19,873 bases of DNA from Fonticula alba ATCC 38817 (Eukaryota; Protista; Nucleariida): NCBI GenBank assembly GCA_000388065.2, contig KB932204.1. One strand, written 5' to 3'. The stretch's first letter is position 1, and each line of letters begins with the position of its first letter. The translations under genes and the position numbers were made by a program. The notes under the pieces were generated by a model. That model was not told the origin of the DNA. It saw only the letters and a program-made list of their open reading frames with translations, and ran no database searches. Positions 10,977 to 17,600 of this stretch are shown here, piece by piece.

Positions 10977-11599
10977 GTGTCTAGAGGAGGGGGGGTGTGC
11001 CGGGCGGGCAGGGCCGGCGAGGCGCCCGGGGCGCCGGGCGCATGGGAAAAAAAAAATGCCCAAGCCAACAGCCGGCCGCATACCTGACGGGGCTGTCTCC
11101 CGCACACACCTTTTCCCTCTCTCCCTCCCTCTCTCTCTCTCTCTCCCTGCCTCCCCCCCTCTCCTCCCCCACCGAAATGGGAGGGGAGGGGGGGGGGGGG
11201 GGGGGGGGGTGACCTTTCGCGCACTCTTACCCTGTGTGTGCTCTGGCCGGCCGGTGGTCGGGGAGGGGGGTCATCGTGGCCCCCCTCGTCTGCTGGTGGC
11301 AGTGCGATCTGCTCTCCAAAAGAAAAATACACGTATAGACTTTGCAGCCGTGCGTGTTCTCCCTGTACGGGGGGTGGGGGGGAGGGGGCCGGGAGTGTGG
11401 TGGAGGGCCGGGGCGCGAGGGCCGCCGGCGGTGCCTGCGATCTCGCGGCCTGCCTGAGCCGGAGCAGCCACCAAGACACTCGACGAAGGCGCACGCACAC
11501 GCCTCGCGTGCACGCATGCGTGCGTGCGCGCGCTGGGCGGCGGTTGGGGGGGGAGTCGAGCCTCCGGCATTTGTGCCCTGTGTAAGGGTGGTTCCCCAA

Positions 11600-11673
11600 G
11601 GCCGCGTAGCTCAATTGGATAGAGCACCTGACTACGGATCAGGAGGTTGTGTGTTCGAGCCGCATCGTGGTCA
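11600..11673 (+). tRNA. tRNA-Arg(ACG): tRNA-Arg, anticodon ACG (ICG after editing), intronless
   Basis: Cloverleaf: acceptor GGCCGCG/CGTGGTC + A73; D arm GCTC-AATTGGATA-GAGC; anticodon arm CCTGA-CTACGGA-TCAGG; T arm GTGTG-TTCGAGC-CGCAT. A-box TAGCTCAATTGG and B-box GTTCGAGCC are present. No encoded CCA. Confidence 0.95.
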
Positions 11674-11675
11674 AC

Positions 11676-11684
11676 TTTCTTTTT
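11676..11684 (+). terminator. RNA polymerase III oligo-T terminator
   Basis: TTTCTTTTT starting 3 nt after the tRNA discriminator base. Confidence 0.75.
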
Positions 11685-11789
11685 GCCTGCGCCCGAGTGG
11701 ACTTTTTCCCGGCGCCATGTGCGCGCGCACGCGGTCGGCCACCGATGGGGGGGCGGGGGGGCCGGGGCGAACGGAGCAAGAAAGAGAGG

Positions 11790-11792
<3 letters not shown>

Positions 11793-11856
<64 letters not shown>
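11793..11856 (+). repeat. (AG)32 microsatellite
   Basis: 64-nt perfect dinucleotide run; source of the ERERER/SLSLSL pseudo-ORFs. Confidence 0.97.
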
Positions 11857-11858
<2 letters not shown>

Positions 11859-12127
11859 CGAGAAAGGGCGGTGGCGGTCGACGCGGCGGTGGCAGCCGTG
11901 CCCTCCTCCGCCGCGTAGGGTCCGCGGAGGGCCACCATCTCGTGAACGCAATTTTCGGGCTGCTTAGCGTAAAAGACATCGGGAGCCCATATTATGGCCT
12001 CATGCACACACCCCGCAGGGGACCGGGGGGGCCCCGCGAGCGAGCGACGACACCGAACGGCCCCTGAGCCGGGAATGGGCGAGGGTTCTCCGCCGCACGG
12101 GGGGGGGGGGACTTGTGGCCTGATGCC

Positions 12128-12187
12128 CGTGCGTGCGTGTATGTGTGTGTATGTATATGTGTGTCTGTGTGTGTGTGTGTATGTGTG
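12128..12187 (+). repeat. Imperfect (GT/AT)n alternating purine-pyrimidine tract
   Basis: gtgcgtgcgtgtatgtgtgtgtatgtatatgtgtgtctgtgtg... Confidence 0.9.
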
Positions 12188-12452
12188 GGCGTGCTGCAGG
12201 GGGAGGAAGCACGGCACACGGGCACGTGCGTGCGAACTGATGTCCCTTCTTTTCGCCAGGCCAGGATCGGCGGGGGCGTACATACACGCGACCCGGGCGA
12301 CCACCGCCAGAACGTCCCCCTGTGCTGGCTCCCCCGAGCCCTCGGACAGAGCGCGGGGGCTTGCTAGATTCGGCGATTTGGCCAAAAGAGGAAACACCGC
12401 CCGCAACAGCCAATTGTCGGGCGCCTCAGCGGAGGGGGGCCGCCGTGTCTGG

Positions 12453-12476
12453 CGCGCGCGCGCGCGCGCGCGCGCG
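12453..12476 (+). repeat. (CG)12 perfect dinucleotide run
   Basis: Direct read; continues as TGCGTGC. Confidence 0.95.
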
Positions 12477-12826
12477 TGCGTGCCCGGGCACTGTTATTTT
12501 TACGCCCTCCCCCCCTTTCCGCCGGCATTTGCACTATACCGGTGCGGTCTCGCAACCGGCGGGGGGGAAGACCCCGCCAGGGGAAGGGGAGGTCGGGTCG
12601 GTACGCACCCGGCCGTGTTTCCCCGGCTCGCGCCCACACGCGGCCTGGCCGGGGTCCGCCCGCCCGGTGGACCCGCTCTCTCGGGGGGACATTATGCCCC
12701 CGGAGAAACTTGCATCATCCGATCCGCGGCGCATGCTGCCGGGCTGGCCACAGCGCGGCGCGGCGCGGCGCGGCTTCTCGCGCCCCTCCCCCGGGGGGGG
12801 GATCTGATCGGTGCTCGGCGCGTGCC

Positions 12827-12836
12827 NNNNNNNNNN
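12827..12836. other. Assembly gap (10 N) just upstream of the TMBIM start
   Basis: N run. Confidence 0.99.
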
Positions 12837-12881
12837 GCCCGCCCGCCCACCCGGCTGCGCCCCTCTCCGGCCCCGAAGACC

Positions 12882-13117
12882 ATGGGTGCCCCTGACTCCT
12901 ACCCCCACGGCCAACAGCCTGGGGATGCTCCGCCACCATACTACTCCGATGCGCCGAACCAGCCCTACCCGCCGGCTGGTCAGCCGTACCCGCCTGCCGG
13001 CCAGCCCTATCCGCCGAGCTCCCCCGTGCGTCGATTGCCTCCGGCTTGTGGAGGCCCTGCCTCACGCGCGACGTACCGCAGCCGCTGACCCTTCCCTCCC
13101 CGGCTCTCCCCCCTTCT

Positions 13118-13149
<32 letters not shown>

Positions 13150-13898
13150 GCACGCACGCCCCACCCAGTCTGCCTACCCGCCGGTGTACCCGCCGCAGCA
13201 GCACGACATCGAGGAGCAGATCGTCCAGCAGCAGATCACCATCATGATGATGGCCATTGAGCAGCGCCATGGTACGGCACACGCTCGCCCCACGCCCCAC
13301 GCCCCACGCCCCACGCCCCGGATCTAACCACCCTCGGCCGGTCTGCCTGTCGGCCGCCGCTCGCCGGGATAGTCTTCCTTCGGAAGGTCTACCTGACCCT
13401 CTTTGCGCAGATGGCCCTCACGGCCGGCATCGGGTCCCTCTTCTACCTGATCGAGGGCCTGAACAGCTTCGTCGATGAGAAGTGCGTCCCCCGACTTGCC
13501 ACCCCTCCCCCGAGCCACAGCCCAGCCCCCTGACTCGCCGCTTGTGCTCCCCTCGCCCCGGCGGCCATAGCTACTGGATTATTTATGTCTTCCTCGGTGT
13601 GGCCATCGTGTCGCTGATTGTCCTGCACTTTGTGTCGCGCGTGCGCATCGTCAACCTGGTGTTCCTGTTCATCTTCACCGTATGCATGGGCATCTTCGTC
13701 GGCTATATCTCCACATTCTACGATATCATCACCGTCTTCCAGGCGCTCATTGCCCTGACGACGATCTTCCTCACGCTCACCATGTTTACGCTCCAAACGC
13801 GCATCGAGTTCGGCATCCTGTACCCCATGTACGTCCGCGAGCGCGGCCGAGCTGGCGCCCCTTCTGTGCCGTGGCCGCCCCTCTCCCGCTGCCCCTCT

Positions 13899-13929
<31 letters not shown>

Positions 13930-14282
13930 CCTTCCTCCCCCTTTCCCTCGCGTCTACCTCGCTGCATCTTGCCCCTCGCTGCCTCGGCTAACGTCCGCAT
14001 GTCCCTCCCGTGTCGGGGGTTGCCCCCCCTGCCAGCCTGGCCTGCCTGTCGGCGCTGCTCATTTGCTTTGTCTTCATGTTCATCTTCATGCCGTACACCA
14101 ATGGCACCCATGTGGCCGTGTGTGTCATCATGGTCATCATCCTCTGCATCTACCTGGTCATCGATACGAAGCTCGTGCAGGAGCGCCTGTCCGACCACAA
14201 CGAGTGGGTCCTCGGGGCAATCCTCCTGTATTCGGACCTGGTCATGCTGTTCCTCTACCTGCTGGCTCTATTCCGCAAGTGA
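12882..14282 (+). CDS. TMBIM: TMBIM / Lifeguard family (Bax inhibitor-1 superfamily) membrane protein, 286 aa. Exons 12882-13025, 13169-13271, 13373-13481, 13571-13828, 14036-14282
   Basis: ATG in strong context (GACCATGG). Pro/Tyr-rich N-tail, then RHVFLRKVYLTLFAQMALT (family motif F[IL]RKVY), multiple hydrophobic helices, and YLVIDTKLV...EWVLGAILLYSDLVMLFLYLL carrying the two aspartates of the TMBIM di-Asp pH sensor. Four GT-AG introns with CTRAC branches and consistent phases; 861 nt = 287 codons including stop. Confidence 0.92.
13119..13149 (+). repeat. Compound (CT)5(CA)10 microsatellite in TMBIM intron 1
   Basis: Direct read; lies between the branch point and the acceptor. Confidence 0.9.
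13286..13320 (+). repeat. 7-bp tandem repeat (CGCCCCA)x4 + CGCCCCG in TMBIM intron 2; five G4 tracts on the minus strand
   Basis: Direct read. Confidence 0.9.
13899..13925 (+). repeat. (CTG)9 repeat in TMBIM intron 4
   Basis: Direct read. Confidence 0.92.
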
Positions 14283-14631
14283 GTGGCCGACCGGACGACG
14301 CCTGCCCCGCCCTCCCTCCCGGCGCGTCCATTCTCACAATCACAGCCGAACAGGTGCGCGGCCGAAAATGCACCCGGAAAATGCACATACCCAGGCGCGC
14401 CCCGCCCTTTCATGTGTGTAGTGTCGAGGCGTGGCGAAGGGGGGGGAGCAGAAGACGCCCCGGTCATTCTCTGCGCGCGCAGAATGGCGGCCTTCATCGA
14501 CAGAAGACGGGCAGCGGGGGGGTGTATTGTATTTTGCCCGCCCGGCCCTGCTGGGAGGGGCAGGCAACGTGCCGGGACGATCCATCGGATACAGACAAGG
14601 AAAGGGGCAAGGGACTCAAGGACAAGGGGGG

Positions 14632-14691
14632 NNNNNNNNNNNNNNNNNNNNNNNNNNNNNNNNNNNNNNNNNNNNNNNNNNNNNNNNNNNN
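14632..14691. other. Assembly gap (60 N) directly abutting the WDR11 stop codon
   Basis: N run; TCA at 14692-14694 is the first sequence after the gap. Confidence 0.99.
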
Positions 14692-17600
14692 TCAGCGCTC
14701 CCAGTTGTGAAAGATGCGGATGGACCCGTCAGACATCACTGCCGGGGGGGAAACACGACAGGCACCAAGGCAGCAGGGAACATCGCAAGCGGGCAGATAT
14801 GGTGTCAGGGCAACGCAGTGCGGGGCGCGCGCGGGCGGAAGAAGCAGGAAGCATGCGCCCAGAGCGCGGAACATACCGCAGATCAGCCGCCGGCGCGAGT
14901 GGGCCATGTGCATGACGGTCGGCTCGCGCTCGGGCTCGATGTCCAGGCGGCCATCTTGCTCGCTGGCCGAGGCCATGCGCTGGCGCGTCACCGGCGGCGT
15001 CAGCCCCAGGAAGGGCAGATTGCAGGAGAAGGCCAGTCGACAGCAGTAGCCCCGCCGCGGGAGCGGCACCCCGCGAGCCGCCAGGTCCGGTCGCAGAAGC
15101 AATAGCTGACACTGACAGCAGACACATGGTGGGGGGCACAGGTAGAGGTGATGCGGCCGGCCGGGGGGGGCCGAGGGCACGGCCAGCGTCGGGGCCATGC
15201 CCGACACCGCATCCGGGGCATCCTGGCCACTCGGGCCGGCTGGGGACGTTGACATGCCGGCTCCGCCCGGAGACAAGGACAGGAACTCCGGCGACTGAGG
15301 AGATAAGGAGCTGGTGACGGGCGAGCCGGGATGTGAGCCGGGGCGCGAGCCGGGGTGCGAGCCGGGGTGCGAGCCGGGGTGCGAGCCGGGGTGCGAACCG
15401 GGGTGCGAACCGGGGTGCGAGCCGGGCTGGCTGCCAGCGTCCCCAGGGGGAGTTCCCCCTTCGGCCAGGGCCGGGCCCATGGTGGCATAGGCCACCAGCT
15501 GCTGCACCGAGCCGGCCGAGCCCGCCACCGACCCCGGCCCCGACATGGACCCCGACATGGACCCCGACATGGACCCCGATCCCGACACCGAGGAGGCGGC
15601 ACTGGCGGAGCCGGACCCCGGGGCCGAAGAGGCAGCGCTGCCGGGGCCGGACCCGGTGCCCGGTGGGGACGACCGCCCCGGAGCCGCGGCCCCCCCGGCC
15701 ACCATGGCCCGAGCAATGCTGGTGAAGGCATGGCCGAGGACCGTGCCATGGGGGAAGATGGCCTGCATGCTGGGCGACAGGTTGGTCAGCAGGCTGGGGT
15801 AGTGCGGCATGGACCAGTGCTTGTTGCTGGTCGTGTGCCGCTTCAGCTTGACCTGGGGCCCGAGACCCGGGTCCTGGAAGACGCCGAGGCAACGGCCGGA
15901 GCGCTCCGGCAGCCAACTCGGCGACGCGGGCCATGTCCAAATGCCGGACTGCCGGTCAAAGTGCAGCAGCAGGGTGATCTGCTGCTTGGAGCTGGGCAGG
16001 GGGATGATCGATCGCAAGGGGCCGTAAAAGAAGTCCTGCGAGGTGAGGACCGAAATTTGCGGGCTCAAGTCCGTCGGGTCCAGCAGGGCCGCCGGCACCG
16101 TGGACGAAGCGAGACCCACCCCGGGGGTCGGGGGCGGGGTGCCGGCCACCGCCCCGCCCGGCGACGCCGGCACCGGGGGAGCCCCGCCGCCGCCCGGAAT
16201 CACCGTCACCGGTGACCCGCCCGGTCGGGAAGGCCGGCGCCGGATGGACCCGGCCCCCGAGCCCGGTGACATTGCGCCGAGGCCGGCCGGGCCGGCTGCG
16301 GGGAGAGCACCCGCTGGCCCGGGCCCGCCGCCAGCCGCCGTGGCTGCCACGGCCATGGCTGCGGCTGCTGCCGATGCCGGTGCCAATGGCGATGCCACTG
16401 TGGCGGCCGTGCCGGGCCCGCCGCCGGGGGGCTGGTCCGCCGCCCCGGCCCCGGGCCACTCCCCCGGCAGGGAGGCCCCCCCGCCGGAAGCCAGAAGGCC
16501 GGTCTGATCGCCGGACCGGCGGAAGAGCTCCACGATCCGATGCAACGGCGACACGAGGCGGATTTTGCCATCCTCGGCCCCGAGCAGCAGCCCCTCATTG
16601 CACCAGGCAATGGTGGAGGACACCCGGTTGGTGGTGGGGATCTTCAGGTGGATCTCCACGAATACCTGGTTCGAGGGGGCCGGCCGGGTGGGGCCAACGC
16701 CCGGGCCGGAGCCGGGACCAGACCCGGCCCCGGCCCCGGCCCCGGGGCCGACTCCGGCAGCCGCCCCGCTTTCGGACCCTGGATTAGCCCCGACCCCGGT
16801 CGGATCGCCTGTCGACCCCGGCCCGAAGGACAGCGAGCAGAAGGCAATCTCGATGGTCGGGCGCTGGGAGTACACGGCGAAGTAGTCCTTCTCGGTGTTC
16901 GGCGGCCCGACCGGGCCGCTGCCAATCGGCATGAAGCTGAGGTTGGAGACGCTCAGCGGCGCGTGGAACCCCGGGAACCCGGCGTACAGGTAGTTCACCT
17001 TCAAGGGCGCCAGTGTGGTGGAGGAAAATACTGACATGCCGCTGGAGTGGTGTCATTTAGGCATAACACGGGAGGCAGGAGGGAGGCGAGGGGGCGGGGA
17101 GAGGTGAGAGGGGTATGAGTGGGTGAGAGGGGTATGAGTGGGTGAGAGGGGTATGAGTGGGTGAGTGGGTGAGAGAGAGGAGGAGAGAGAGGAGGAGAGA
17201 GAGGAGGAGAGAGAGGAGGAGAGAGAAGCAAAGAAAGAAGGAAAGAAAGAGAGAAGCAAAGAGAGAAGCAAAGAAAGAAGCAAAGTAAGAAGCAAAGAAA
17301 GAAGCAAAGTAAGAAGCAAAGAGAGAAGCAAAGAAAGAAGGAAAGAAAGAGAGAAAGTGTGTGTATCAGCCCGGAAAAGGATCACCATGAGGAAACCCCG
17401 GCAGAGCACGCACCCGGACCGGTAGATGATGACGATGAAGCGCCCAGAGGGCGAGAGTCGGACCGAAGCAATGTTGACCCGGCGCGCGTCCAGCGGGACC
17501 AGCGGGTCCAGGTGCGACGAGAGGGCCAGCGCGCGAGTCCGGCCGCTGGTCAAGTCCAGCAGGACCACCTCGTTGTTGATCGTGTCGGAGGCCAGATCAT

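Noticed and set aside
11600-11856. tRNA-derived SINE (tRNA head + body + (AG)n tail)
   Set aside because: A Pol III terminator follows the tRNA immediately, the cloverleaf is intact, and I see no target-site duplication.
11960-11985. Minus-strand GTCTTTTAC resembling U5 snRNA loop I (GCCUUUUAC)
   Set aside because: One mismatch in an invariant loop, no closing stem and no proper Sm site.
11639-12070. ORFs with ERERER / SLSLSL runs
   Set aside because: Translations of the (AG)32 microsatellite; one also overlaps the tRNA.
17053-17425. Glu/Arg/Lys-rich 86-aa plus-strand ORF and the Leu/Ser tail of the 350-aa minus ORF
   Set aside because: Translation of the intronic 12-mer minisatellite, inside a phase-consistent WDR11 intron (17413-17042).
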